Shown: positions 38,867 to 49,218, counted from the stretch's first letter. The stretch: 64,000 nt of DNA from an uncultured bacterium (GCA_938010045.1 CALLFZ010000020.1:38754-102753); one strand, 5' to 3'. Made by a program: numbers and translations. Notes: generated from the sequence alone by a model not told the origin.

Positions 38867-40993
38867 ATGACGACACTCCGGATCGGCGGCCTCATCGTGC
38901 TCATCTCCGGCGCCGCCGCCCTCGCGGTCGAAATGACGATACACCGCCGTGTGATCCGCCTCGACGGGACCTGGGAGGTGGCCGAGGGATCCCTCGCCGA
39001 GCGGCCCGCCCGCTTCGATCACACCGTGCCGGTGCCCGGCCTCCTCGATATGGCTGACCCGCCATTTGCGCAGCCCGGCAGCACGGTGCCGGAACCAGAG
39101 CGTCGGACGCCGCGACGGCCGGCCGACCCCCACCGTGAGGCGTTCTGGTACCGCCGCACCTTCACGCTCGACGGCCCCCTCCCGCCGACCGCTCGTCTCC
39201 GCCTGCGCAAGGTCCGGTACGGCGCCGAGGTGTGGGTGAACCAAACGCGGGTCGGTGAGCACGACCGCAACTTCACGCCGGCCGAGTTCGACGTGCGCGC
39301 CCACCTGCGCGGCGACGCCGCGACGAACGAACTGGTGGTGCGCGTGGGCGCCTCGCTCGCGCAGGTGCCCCCCCACCGGTGCGACGGCTGGGACTTCGAA
39401 AAGTCCCGGTACATCCCGGGCATTTACGATTCCGTGGAACTGATCCTCACCGGCGAGCCCTACATCCGAAACATCCAGGTGGCGCCGCTCCCGCGCCACG
39501 GTACCGCGCGCGTGCGCGTGGAGCTCGACCGCGCCTGGGTCGGTACCGCGAGCGTGCAGATTGTCGAGTGGCAAAGCCGGGTAACCGTCGGCCAGGGCCG
39601 ATTGATCTGGCTCGGAGGCGACCTGGCAGACGATGAGTTCACCATCCTCAATCCGCGCCCCTGGTCCCCAGAGGATCCGTTTCTCTACGAGGTCGTCGTC
39701 ACCGCCGGTGGCGATGCCGCGCGCACGCGGTTCGGCCTGCGCTCGTTCCGGACGGACCCCGTCGCCGGCCGCGTACTGTTGAACGACCGCCCGTATTACC
39801 TCCGCGGGTCGAACGTCACGATCGATCGCTTCTTCGAAGATTCGGAACGCGGCGAGCTGCCGTGGAACCGCGACTGGGTGCGCCGGCTCCACCGGGCGTT
39901 CAAGGACATGCACTGGAACGCGCTGCGGTACTGCATCGGGTTTCCGCCGGACTTCTGGTATGACATCGCCGACGAGGAGGGCGTCCTGATCCAGGACGAG
40001 TTCCCGATCTGGTATCTCCACGCCACCAACTGGCCCGCCGCGATCACCGCCGACCACCTCGCACAAGAGTACCGCGAATGGATCGAACATCGCTGGAACC
40101 ATCCCTGCGTCGTGATTTGGGATGCTCAGAATGAGACGATCAACGACGGGGCCATCCTCAAGGCCGTGGCGATGGTCCGCGGTCTCGACCTCTCCGACCG
40201 CCCCTGGGAGAACGGCTGGGGAATCCCTCCCCGTCCCGGCGACCTCATCGAGCGCCACCCCTACCGTTCGAACCGTCCGGACTTTGCCTGGGCGGACTTC
40301 GGCCGCCACTCGGGCATTCCGGGGATCCCATGGACCGAGCCAGGCCGAGCGCTGCGGCCGCCCTATCTCATCAATGAATACGGCTGGCTCTGGATCAACC
40401 GCGATGGCTCGCTGCCCACCTTGACCAGCGGCATCTATGCGCGGTTGCTCGGACCGGATGCGACCGTCGAACAACGCCGCCGTTACTACGCGCGGGCGCT
40501 CGCCGCCAAAACCGAGTTCTGGCGCGCGCGTCGCCAGTGCGCCGGCGTCCTTCACTTCTGCGGTCTCGGCTACTCACGGCCCGACGGCCAGACCAGCGAC
40601 CACTGGCTCGATGTCCGCAACCTCGCCTGGGAGCCGATGTTTCGGACGTATGTGCGAGACGCCTTTGCGCCGGTCGGCGTGATGCTCGACTGGTGGACCG
40701 AGACCATCGTCACGAACACCGTCCTGCGGGTGCCGGTCGTGATCGTGAACGATCTCGACCGCCCGTGGACGGGCGAGGTGCGGCTGGAGCTGCGCGCCGG
40801 CGAGAGCGTGCGGGCATCCACCACACGACCCGCGCGGGCGGACGCGCTGGGCACCCACACCATCGTGATGGATCTTGCGGCTCCACGCACGCTCGGCCGT
40901 TATGAGTTGTGTGCGATCCTTTCGCCGGCCGCCGATGGAACCTCGGTGCGGAGTTGGCGTGATCTGAATGTGATCGAAGGAACAGGCCCATGA
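38867..40993 (+). CDS. Exported glycoside hydrolase family 2
   Basis: Signal peptide; WYRRTF, PWSPEDPFLY, FGLRSF, WNHPCVVIWDAQNE, INEYG. Confidence 0.87.
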   Translation: MTTLRIGGLIVLISGAAALAVEMTIHRRVIRLDGTWEVAEGSLAERPARFDHTVPVPGLLDMADPPFAQPGSTVPEPERRTPRRPADPHREAFWYRRTFTLDGPLPPTARLRLRKVRYGAEVWVNQTRVGEHDRNFTPAEFDVRAHLRGDAATNELVVRVGASLAQVPPHRCDGWDFEKSRYIPGIYDSVELILTGEPYIRNIQVAPLPRHGTARVRVELDRAWVGTASVQIVEWQSRVTVGQGRLIWLGGDLADDEFTILNPRPWSPEDPFLYEVVVTAGGDAARTRFGLRSFRTDPVAGRVLLNDRPYYLRGSNVTIDRFFEDSERGELPWNRDWVRRLHRAFKDMHWNALRYCIGFPPDFWYDIADEEGVLIQDEFPIWYLHATNWPAAITADHLAQEYREWIEHRWNHPCVVIWDAQNETINDGAILKAVAMVRGLDLSDRPWENGWGIPPRPGDLIERHPYRSNRPDFAWADFGRHSGIPGIPWTEPGRALRPPYLINEYGWLWINRDGSLPTLTSGIYARLLGPDATVEQRRRYYARALAAKTEFWRARRQCAGVLHFCGLGYSRPDGQTSDHWLDVRNLAWEPMFRTYVRDAFAPVGVMLDWWTETIVTNTVLRVPVVIVNDLDRPWTGEVRLELRAGESVRASTTRPARADALGTHTIVMDLAAPRTLGRYELCAILSPAADGTSVRSWRDLNVIEGTGP

Positions 40994-41694
40994 CCGCCTC
41001 GGCGCAACGTCCATCGGACAACGGCCTCGGTGCTGTCGTCGGCCCCTGTCGAATCGCGGCGCTCGGAGCCCTGCGCTCCAGCTACGACATGGCCGCCATC
41101 CGCGGCGCAATCGGATTCGGCGTCCGCCACATTCTCGCTCAGTCCCGCGATGGAAGGGTGGACCGCCGCGAGCGCCCGGCTGGGTTGCGTGCTGGGTTCG
41201 ACCGCCGCCGGCCCGATCGGCCACCGCTGGGGTCGGCGCACCGCGCTGCGCGGGGCCGCCGTGCGGTTGGGGGTGTCTGCGATCGGCACAGCGTTGCCCT
41301 GCTCGCTCAACAAGTTCGTGTTCTATCGTGCGCTCGGCGGCATCGGCGTCGGCGCCACCGCGCTCATCAGTCCCGTCGACATTGCGGGCCTCGCTCCCGC
41401 TCCCCCCAGCGGGGCCGACTCGTCCCATGCACTCAGATGACCGTCGCCACCGTCGCGCTCTGGACGGCGAACGTCATCGTCTCCCCGACCTGCCCGATAC
41501 TGGACCGCCACCCCGCCCTGGTTTCGCGTGTCCACCATGGGTGTCCGTTCCGACTTGATGCGGCGATGTGCGCAGCCGCGTTCGGTCAGGTCGCATGGGC
41601 CGTCCCTGAAACCTGCCGCCGCGTGCTGGAGGACATTGAGCGCGGCTGGTTCACGGCGGCCGGTCATCTCGAACAAACGGAGCCCCACCCATGA
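40990..41694 (+). pseudogene. Degraded MFS sugar porter (XylE/AraE-like) with two frameshifts and a large internal deletion
   Basis: Decayed motifs in alternating frames: AALGALRSSYDMAAIRGAIG; HRWGRRTAL; FYRALGGIGVG..ISPVDIAGLAP; RGRLV; VPETCRRVLEDIE. Confidence 0.85.
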
Positions 41695-43568
41695 CGCGGA
41701 TTCTCATCCCTTGCCTTGGCCGGCGGGTCCGCGACGCCGGACTCTCCGTCGTCCTGCTGCTGGCACCAGGTGTCCACGCCATCGAGTACCACGTCGCGAT
41801 GACCGGTCGCGACGAGAACCCCGGCACTGCCGCCGCGCCGTTTCGGACCATCCAGCGCGCGGCCGAGATCGCCGTCCCGGGCGATGTGGTCACCGTCCAT
41901 GCGGGGCTCTACCGCGAACGCGTGAACCCCCGCCGCGGCGGCGATTCGCCCGAACGCCGCATCGTCTACCGTGCCGCCCCCGGCGAGCATGTCGAACTGC
42001 GAGGCTCGGACATCGTCCGCGGATGGACCCGTTGTTCGAACGACCTCTGGCGCGTCGTCTTGCCGAACTCGTTCTTTGGCGACTTCAATCCGTTTGCCGA
42101 TCCGATCCGCGGCGACTGGTTTGTTCCAATGAATCGTCCGCACCACACCGGCGCCGTCTACCTCGACGGCGAGGAACTCATCGAAGCCGCATCGTTGGAA
42201 GAGCTCAACAACCCGCCGGCCACGCCGTACGCCGTCGGCTGGTGGTTCGCGACGGTGGACGCAAGCAACACCACGATTCTCGCCCGCTTCGGGGCCGCGG
42301 ATCCCAATCGGCGCATCGTCGAGATCAACACCCGCCGCACTGTCTTCTACCCGGACGCGCCGGGTCGCGACTTCATCACGGTTCGCGGGTTCACGATGCG
42401 CCACGCTGCGACGCCGTGGGCGCCGCCGACCGCCGAACAGATCGGACTGCTCGGCACCCACTGGAGCCGAGGTTGGATCATCGAACGCAACGTGATCTCC
42501 CACTCGCGCTGCGTCGGGATCACGCTCGGCAAGTACGGCGACGAATTCGACAATACCGCGAACAACACCGCCACCGGGTACGTCGCGACGATCCACCGCG
42601 CGCTCGAACGGGGCTGGACCCCAGAGCGCATCGGGGGCCACCTCGTGCGCGATAACGTCATTTCCCACTGCGAACAGGCCGGTCTGGTCGGCAGCCTCGG
42701 CGCGATGTTCAGCGTGATTTCGAACAACGTGATCCACACGATTCACACTCGTCGGCGCTTCGCCGGCGCTGAGCAGGCCGGCATCAAGATCCACGCCGCG
42801 ATCGACGCGCGCATCGAGCGCAACGTGATCGTGAACGCCTACCGCGGCATCTGGCTCGACTGGATGGCGCAAGGCACCCGCGTGAGCCGGAATGTCTGCA
42901 TCTCCAACGCCACCGAGGACCTTTTCGTCGAGGTCAACCACGGGCCCTTCGTGGTGGATCACAACTGGCTGTTGTCCCCCGTCAGCGTTTCGGACTGGTC
43001 GCAGGGCGGCGCGTTTGTGCACAACTTCTTCGGCGGTCGAATCGTGACGAAACCACAACTGAACCGGCAGACGCCCTTTCACCGGCCGCACTCAACCCAG
43101 CTGGCCGGCATGAGCGTGATCCACGGCGGCGACCACCGATTCGTGGCCAACCTCTTCGCCCCCTCGGCGGTGGTGCGCGATCCCGCGGCCTGCGGCCTCG
43201 CAACCTACGCGACCAGCGCCCTGCCCGTGGTGGCCCGCGCCAACGTGTACGCGAACGGGGCGCGCCCATATCCCAATGAGCCCGCCGCTGTGATCGTGTC
43301 TCAACCCATCCCATGGAACGTGCAGACCGACAGCGCGGGCCGGTGGCACCTCACATGGAACGGGCCAACGCCACCCGCGACTTTGGCACGGCCGCTGGCA
43401 TCCACCGAACTTGGCCATGCGCGAATTCCTAATCTGCCCTTTGTGAATCCCGACGATTCGCCCATCCTATTCGCCGAGGATGTCCTCGGCTCCGCGCGCG
43501 CCCCCGCCCCGACCGCCGGCCCTCTCCAAGTCTGGCCCCCCGACGGAGTGGTGCGGTTGTACCCTTGA
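41691..43568 (+). CDS. GH120-like beta-xylosidase (right-handed beta-helix), exported
   Basis: EYHVA..G.D, LPNSFFGDFNP, AATPWAPPTAEQ, GIKIHAAID, GIWLDWMAQGTRVS, FVEVNHGP. Confidence 0.85.
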   Translation: MTRILIPCLGRRVRDAGLSVVLLLAPGVHAIEYHVAMTGRDENPGTAAAPFRTIQRAAEIAVPGDVVTVHAGLYRERVNPRRGGDSPERRIVYRAAPGEHVELRGSDIVRGWTRCSNDLWRVVLPNSFFGDFNPFADPIRGDWFVPMNRPHHTGAVYLDGEELIEAASLEELNNPPATPYAVGWWFATVDASNTTILARFGAADPNRRIVEINTRRTVFYPDAPGRDFITVRGFTMRHAATPWAPPTAEQIGLLGTHWSRGWIIERNVISHSRCVGITLGKYGDEFDNTANNTATGYVATIHRALERGWTPERIGGHLVRDNVISHCEQAGLVGSLGAMFSVISNNVIHTIHTRRRFAGAEQAGIKIHAAIDARIERNVIVNAYRGIWLDWMAQGTRVSRNVCISNATEDLFVEVNHGPFVVDHNWLLSPVSVSDWSQGGAFVHNFFGGRIVTKPQLNRQTPFHRPHSTQLAGMSVIHGGDHRFVANLFAPSAVVRDPAACGLATYATSALPVVARANVYANGARPYPNEPAAVIVSQPIPWNVQTDSAGRWHLTWNGPTPPATLARPLASTELGHARIPNLPFVNPDDSPILFAEDVLGSARAPAPTAGPLQVWPPDGVVRLYP

Positions 43569-43618
43569 CGGCGGCCTTGCTTGGCGAATCTGTGCGGTTG
43601 GTCCAGACTGTTTCGGTC

Positions 43619-44170
43619 ATGTACCGTCTGCGCCTACGAGTGCGGGGACGCCCCGCCGGCCGCATCACGGTCAGCGAGCCGCGCGTCATCATCGGCTCTG
43701 GCGAAACAGCGGAGTTGCGCTGGCTCAATGCGGGGCTGGCGCCGGCCCACGCCGAGCTGATCGAGCGCGACGGTGCCGTGGCGATTCGCGCTCTCAATCC
43801 GACGGATTCCCCGGTCCTCATCCATGGCCGGCCCATCAGCCAGGAAGCAGCGGTCGTGCCGCCGGATACGGTCGTTCGGCTCGGAGAGCTGGAACTTGAG
43901 GTGGCCGGCGCCAAGAGCGAGCCGCCCCCCACGGTCCGCCATCGCATCGGCGGAATGACCGCAGCCGCCGGCGTGGCCCTCGCGCTGATCCTGCTGGCGC
44001 AAACGATCATCTTGAACCGCGCGGCCACTTGGAGCCGACGGTGGCGCGATGAGTTGGCCACCGCGGAATGGGAAAAATTGCTGCTGAATCCACCCCGTCC
44101 GGCCACGCCGTCCGATGGGCCCCTCACCGGCGCCCCGCCAGACGAGGTCTCGGCCGCGCCGCAGCCATGA
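43619..44170 (+). CDS. FHA-like domain membrane protein
   Basis: VIIGSG, APAHAELI, VRLGELEL, then one TM helix; start inferred at ATG 43619. Confidence 0.65.
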   Translation: MYRLRLRVRGRPAGRITVSEPRVIIGSGETAELRWLNAGLAPAHAELIERDGAVAIRALNPTDSPVLIHGRPISQEAAVVPPDTVVRLGELELEVAGAKSEPPPTVRHRIGGMTAAAGVALALILLAQTIILNRAATWSRRWRDELATAEWEKLLLNPPRPATPSDGPLTGAPPDEVSAAPQP

Positions 44171-45153
44171 GCGCTCCGCCTCGCATCCTTCCGCCCGGTT
44201 GTGCGCCCACGCTGCCGGCGCGTTCCTGGCACGACCGGTATTACTCGATGTATTCAAGCGAATGGGACGCGATCACGACCGACCCCCGTTGGATGCTCGT
44301 GCCGGTGGATGACCACGTTGTGCACCGCGGCGACGGAGTCTTCGAAACGCTCAAGTGTGTCGGCGGCGCCATCTACGGTTTGCGCGAGCACATCGGCCGC
44401 CTTCGCCACTCGGCCGCGAGCATCGGTCTCGGCGTGCCATGGAGCAACGAGGATCTGGCCCAGCTAGTCGTGGCCACCGTGCGCGCCGGAGGTCGCCCCG
44501 AGTGTCTCATCCGCATGCTGCTCACCCGCGGGCCCGGCGGGTTCGGGATCGCACCCGCCGAGTGCCCCCACCCCGGGCTCTACATCATCACATACCGCCT
44601 CGCTCCCGGATTCATGACCCAGCACCCCGAGGGCGCCCGCGCGGCGCTCGTCAACGTGCCCCTAAAACCTGGATGGCTGGCCACCGTGAAGACCTGCAAT
44701 TATTTGCCGAACGTCCTCATGAAGATGGCCGCGGCGGCCACAGGCGCTGATTTTCCCATCGTACTGGACGAAACGGGCTGCGTCGCCGAAGGCGCGACCG
44801 AGAACATCGGGGTCGTCATTCGTCGGGAACTCATCCTGCCGTGCCCCGGTCGAATTCTTGAAGGCGTTACGATGCTGCGGATCTTAGATCTAGCCCGGGA
44901 AGCCGTCGCCGAAGGGACGCTCGCGGCTGTCCGCCGACACAACATCACACGCTCCGAACTCTTCAAGGCCGATGAAGTTCTAGTCCTCGGCACGACACCG
45001 GACGTCACCTCCGTCATTGCGATTGACGGACGTCCGATCGGCGATGGCCATCCTGGACCCGTTCGCGCTGACCTTCAGCGCCGCCTTGAGCGAGACCAAC
45101 TCGAAAACGCCGCGATGCGAACCCCGTGTTGGCCGGACGCGTCCCTCCGCTAG
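44167..45153 (+). CDS. Class IV PLP aminotransferase (D-amino-acid transaminase/ADC lyase-like)
   Basis: DDHVVHRGDGVFET, KTCNYLPNV, EGATENI, ILEGVT. Confidence 0.9.
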   Translation: MSAPPRILPPGCAPTLPARSWHDRYYSMYSSEWDAITTDPRWMLVPVDDHVVHRGDGVFETLKCVGGAIYGLREHIGRLRHSAASIGLGVPWSNEDLAQLVVATVRAGGRPECLIRMLLTRGPGGFGIAPAECPHPGLYIITYRLAPGFMTQHPEGARAALVNVPLKPGWLATVKTCNYLPNVLMKMAAAATGADFPIVLDETGCVAEGATENIGVVIRRELILPCPGRILEGVTMLRILDLAREAVAEGTLAAVRRHNITRSELFKADEVLVLGTTPDVTSVIAIDGRPIGDGHPGPVRADLQRRLERDQLENAAMRTPCWPDASLR

Positions 45154-45416
45154 CATTCCCGAGGTCGCATCGGACAGATTGGAGATTCCGGATCGCCCCC
45201 CAGCACGACGCGTCGGCCCAGTTCCCCGTCATTGCGGTCCGCGTCGTCGCGGTGCACGTCCTGGAGCTGAGCCATTCACGATACTCACCCGGAGCCAAGC
45301 CTCGCTCCTTCCTCTCACCCCCAAGCCCCTGCGCAAGGGTGACGAAACGCATGGCCTGGCCTCCCCGCAGCGCGCCGCCGTTCACGACGGTCGGGTCCTC
45401 CCCTCGTCGCCTCCAC

Positions 45417-45444
45417 TTGTGAAGCGCCGGTCCGTCGGTATACT
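45417..45444 (+). promoter_or_regulatory. Promoter giving a probable leaderless mRNA
   Basis: TTGTGA-N16-TATACT, 6 nt before ATG 45451; no SD. Confidence 0.55.
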
Positions 45445-45450
45445 CCCGCT

Positions 45451-46212
45451 ATGGCCGAGTCGCTGGTCGTCACGCCGACGTACAACGAACGCGAAAATGT
45501 CGAGGCCATCGCGCATGCGGCGCTCGGCGCGCTCGAATCTGCCGACTATCTGTTCGTGGACGACAACTCGCCCGACGGCACGGGCGAACTCTTGGATCGA
45601 ATGGCCTCGGCGGACCCCCGCATCCACGTGCTCCATCGGCCGGGGAAACAAGGGCTCGGCCGCGCTTACGTGGCTGGGTTTCTGTGGGCGTTGGAGCGTG
45701 ACTACCGCTACATCTTCGAGATGGACGCCGATTTTTCGCACAACCCCGCCGATTTGCCGAGGCTGCGGAAACTCGCCGACGAGGCCGATCTGGTGCTCGG
45801 CTCGAGATTCGTTGGCGGCATTCGGATCACCAACTGGCCTCTCTCCCGTCTGATGCTCAGCGTGTGTGCGGCGGCCTACGTTCGCATCGTAACCGGCATG
45901 CCGTTCGCGGATCCGACCGGCGGCTTCAAGTGCTATCGGCGCGAAGTCATCGAGGAGATCGACGTCCCGACCTTGCGTTCCAACGGGTACTCATTTCAGA
46001 TCGAAACGCTCCACCGCGCCTGGATCCGCGGTTTTCGCGTCCTGGAAACGCCGATCATTTTCGAAGATCGCCGCAGCGGCGTTTCGAAGATGAACCGGTC
46101 CATCGTCAGCGAGGCGATGTTCCTCGTGGGCCGACTGTGGGTGCGTAGCGGTCTTCGCCGTCGTCCTCGCGGGGTCCACCCGCGCAGCATCGCGGCGCGC
46201 GCGGCGCAGTGA
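45451..46212 (+). CDS. Polyprenol monophosphomannose synthase (GT2, DPM1-like)
   Basis: PTYNERENV, VDDNSPDGT, GLGRAY, EMDADFSH, DPTGGFKCYR, GYSFQIE. Confidence 0.92.
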   Translation: MAESLVVTPTYNERENVEAIAHAALGALESADYLFVDDNSPDGTGELLDRMASADPRIHVLHRPGKQGLGRAYVAGFLWALERDYRYIFEMDADFSHNPADLPRLRKLADEADLVLGSRFVGGIRITNWPLSRLMLSVCAAAYVRIVTGMPFADPTGGFKCYRREVIEEIDVPTLRSNGYSFQIETLHRAWIRGFRVLETPIIFEDRRSGVSKMNRSIVSEAMFLVGRLWVRSGLRRRPRGVHPRSIAARAAQ

Positions 46213-47363
46213 GAATCCTCGTCGTCGAGTTTCGTGACCCGCAGCACCCGCAGGCGGGCGGCGCCGAAACTCTGCTGCTTGAGGTGACCCGTCGATGGGT
46301 CGCAGCGGGTCATGCGGTGGACTACCTGTGCTGCCGTCCGGCCGGTGCCCCGCCCGAGTCTGAACTGCGCGGGGTGCACATAGTGCGGCGCGGTCCCCAG
46401 CCCGTCTTCAATTACCTCGCGCCCATCGCCGCGCTCCGGCTCCTTCGCGAGCGACGTCATGATGTGATCGTGGAAGGGCTCGACAAAGTGCCCTTTTTTC
46501 TGCCGGCGGTGCGGCCGGGCTGTCCGGTCGTCGCTCACGTGCCCCATCTGTTTGGCGAGACCATTTTCCGGGAGGCGCCGTGGCCGGTGGCCGCCTACGT
46601 GTGGGCGATGGAGCGCCCGATCCCGATGGTCTATCGGCGCTGCCGTTTCTCCGCGCTCTCGGAGACGACGCGCGATGACCTGGTCCGGCGCGGCGTGCGG
46701 GCCGACCGCATCCGCGTCATTCCCCCCGGCATTGACCATGACCGGTACGGCCCCGATCCCTCGGCGCCGCGGGCGCCGGTGCCGACGTTGCTCTACGTCG
46801 GCCGGCTCAAACGCTACAAGAACATCGAAACCGCGATCGAGGCCCTGGCGCGGCTCCGACGCGACGTGCCCGACGCGCGGCTGGAGATTGTCGGCGCGGG
46901 CGACCACGAGGGGCCGTTGCGGCAGCGTGCCGCGGAATTGGGGTTGACCGCCGCGATCGAATTCACCGGCCGCATCAGCGAGAAGGAGAAGATCGCTCGT
47001 CTGCGCCGCGCGACGGCGCTGGTGTATCCCTCGCCGAAGGAGGGCTGGGGACTCTCCGTGATCGAGGCCAACGCCTGTGGCACTCCCGCGATTGCGAGCA
47101 ATTCGCCCGGGCTGCGCGACGCCGTGGCCGACGGTCTCAGCGGCCTGCTCGTGCCCCACGGCGATCCCGGCGCGCTGGCCGAGGCGGCCCGCCGAATCAT
47201 CCGGGACCCTGAGTTCGCCGCTCGTCTTCGCGAGGGCGCGCTGAGCTGGGCGGCCAGGTTCTCGTGGGACCGCGCCGCCGGGGAGATGGCCGAGCTGCTG
47301 TGCGACGCGATCGCCGACCGCCGCGTTACGCGCGCGGGTGAAAGCGTTCGTGGACCTGCTTGA
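46209..47363 (+). CDS. Glycosyltransferase family 4
   Basis: HPQAGGAE, YVGRLKRYK, PSPKEGWGLSVIEANACGTP. Confidence 0.92.
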   Translation: MRILVVEFRDPQHPQAGGAETLLLEVTRRWVAAGHAVDYLCCRPAGAPPESELRGVHIVRRGPQPVFNYLAPIAALRLLRERRHDVIVEGLDKVPFFLPAVRPGCPVVAHVPHLFGETIFREAPWPVAAYVWAMERPIPMVYRRCRFSALSETTRDDLVRRGVRADRIRVIPPGIDHDRYGPDPSAPRAPVPTLLYVGRLKRYKNIETAIEALARLRRDVPDARLEIVGAGDHEGPLRQRAAELGLTAAIEFTGRISEKEKIARLRRATALVYPSPKEGWGLSVIEANACGTPAIASNSPGLRDAVADGLSGLLVPHGDPGALAEAARRIIRDPEFAARLREGALSWAARFSWDRAAGEMAELLCDAIADRRVTRAGESVRGPA

Positions 47364-48213
47364 GCCGTCCCGCGTCCACGTGGGTGTAGATCTGGGTCGT
47401 CGCGATGTCGGCGTGGCCGAGCATCTCTTGAATCACGCGCAGCGGCGCTCCGTTCGCGAGCAGGTGGGTGGCGAAGGTGTGCCGCAAGGTGTGGGGGTGC
47501 ACGCGCTTCGCGAGACCCGCGCGCGCGGCATACCGACGCACCCGCGCCCAGATCGTCCGCCGGTTCAGGGGGCCACCCCGCGCCGAGAGGAACAGAGCCG
47601 GAGAACTCGACCGTCGCGCAAGCCGTGGCCGCTCCTCCTCGAGGTACCGCCGCAGCCATGCCGCCGCGGTCTCGCCAAACGGTACCACTCGTTCCCGCCC
47701 GCCCTTCCCAAGGCAACGCAGCATGCGGTCCTCCAACCGTACGCGATCGAGCGTGAGCCCTGCCGCTTCGGACACCCGCAATCCCGTCGCATACAAGAGT
47801 TCGAGAAGCGCGCGATCACGGACTCCATGCGGCCGGTCCATGTCGGGAGCCGCGAGCAGGCGGTCCACCTCCCGCTGGGTCAGCGCATCCGGCAGCACCC
47901 GCCACACCCGTGGCGCATCCATCGTCTCCGCCACATCCGCAGCCAACAGCCCCTCGGCGTGAAGATACCGGAACCAGGACCGGATCGCGGCCAGACGCCG
48001 GGCGATCGTCGTACTGAGCAGCCCCGCATCGCGCCCCTCCATCAGAAACGCAACAATCTCCGCGCGGCCGATCCCCGCGGGCGAGGTGATCCGTCGGCCG
48101 GCCAGAAACCGTTCGAACTCGATCAGGTCCGTCCGATAGGCCGCGCGCGTGTGCGGGCTCAGACCACGCTCGAGTTCGAGAAACTCAATGAACTGGTCAA
48201 TGAATGCCCGCAC
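47326..48213 (-). CDS. xerD: Tyrosine recombinase XerD
   Basis: ERGLSPHT, LYATGLRVSE, GKGGRER, HTLRHTFATHLL, LGHADIATTQIY (could be XerC). Confidence 0.88.
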   Translation of the reverse strand: MRAFIDQFIEFLELERGLSPHTRAAYRTDLIEFERFLAGRRITSPAGIGRAEIVAFLMEGRDAGLLSTTIARRLAAIRSWFRYLHAEGLLAADVAETMDAPRVWRVLPDALTQREVDRLLAAPDMDRPHGVRDRALLELLYATGLRVSEAAGLTLDRVRLEDRMLRCLGKGGRERVVPFGETAAAWLRRYLEEERPRLARRSSSPALFLSARGGPLNRRTIWARVRRYAARAGLAKRVHPHTLRHTFATHLLANGAPLRVIQEMLGHADIATTQIYTHVDAGRLKQVHERFHPRA

Positions 48214-48226
48214 AGACCGACACCGC

Positions 48227-49135
48227 TCAGGTCGCCGCGATCGCTCGCGACAGCGCCTGACCCGTGATTCGCTGGAACGCCTCGATGTACTTCACGCGCG
48301 TGCGCTCCACGACTTCGGCCGGCAACTCCGGTGCGGGCGGGGTCTTGTTCCACGGCAGCGATTCGAGGTAGTCGCGCACGTACTGCTTGTCGAACGAGGG
48401 CGGGTGGCGGCCGGGCTCGTACAGATCGGCCGGCCAGAACCGCGAGCTGTCGGGCGTCAGCACCTCGTCGACCAGGTGCAGTTCGCCGTTGATCAGGCCA
48501 AACTCAAACTTAGTGTCCGCAATGATGATCCCCCGCTCCGCGGCCCACACGGCGGCGCGGCGATAAAGTTCGATGCTCACATCACGCACTCGCCTCGCCA
48601 GCTCCGCGCCGATCAAGTCCGCCACTTGCTCGTAGGTGATGTTCTGATCATGCCCCACCTCCGCTTTCGTGGAGGGCGTAAACAGCGGCTCATCGAGACG
48701 GTCCGCCAGACGATACCCCGGTCTCAACGGGATGCCGCCAATCGTGCCGGTCGCCTGGTAGTCCTTCCATCCCGAGCCGATCAGATAGCCGCGCACGATG
48801 CACTCGATTGGCAGAATCTTGGCCTTCTTCACGATCATCGTCCGGCCACGCAGCATTCCGCGGTATTCCTGCAGCGCGGCGGGCAAGTCGCCGAAGCGCA
48901 CCGAGACGCAGTGATTCGGAACCACATCGGCGAGGTGCTGGAACCAGAAGGCAGACATCAAATTCAGCACATGCCCCTTGTTCGGGATCCCGGTCGGCAG
49001 CACGCAGTCGAATGCGGAGATCCGGTCGGTCGCGACGAACAGGCAGTGGTCGCCAAGGTCGAACACTTCGCGAACCTTCCCACTCTTGACCCGTGGAAGC
49101 TCGGGGATGTCAATCGAGGTGTAAGCGCGATCCAT
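48227..49135 (-). CDS. purC: SAICAR synthase
   Basis: GKVREVF, TDRISAFD, ECIVRGY, FTPSTKA, ADTKFEFG, DEVLTPDSSR. Confidence 0.97.
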   Translation of the reverse strand: MDRAYTSIDIPELPRVKSGKVREVFDLGDHCLFVATDRISAFDCVLPTGIPNKGHVLNLMSAFWFQHLADVVPNHCVSVRFGDLPAALQEYRGMLRGRTMIVKKAKILPIECIVRGYLIGSGWKDYQATGTIGGIPLRPGYRLADRLDEPLFTPSTKAEVGHDQNITYEQVADLIGAELARRVRDVSIELYRRAAVWAAERGIIIADTKFEFGLINGELHLVDEVLTPDSSRFWPADLYEPGRHPPSFDKQYVRDYLESLPWNKTPPAPELPAEVVERTRVKYIEAFQRITGQALSRAIAAT

Positions 49136-49218
49136 CTCAGATGTCTCCTTTCCGGGGTATACCCCCGTCGTTCCAGCGGCGCGCGGCGGCACGTTCGCGC
49201 GCCGGACGGCCGCGCATC

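Noticed and set aside
38231..40555. Long antisense ORFs (e.g. 774 aa here, 20284-22308, 48149-49870, 54470-56131)
   Set aside because: Shadow frames opposite well-supported genes, expected in high-GC DNA; no recognisable motifs.
47326..48213. Phage or ICE integrase
   Set aside because: Length, motifs and housekeeping context fit chromosomal XerD/XerC.
49154..49165. GGGGTATACCCC palindrome upstream of purC as an operator
   Set aside because: Single occurrence with no cognate regulator evident; it may be chance or a -10 element.
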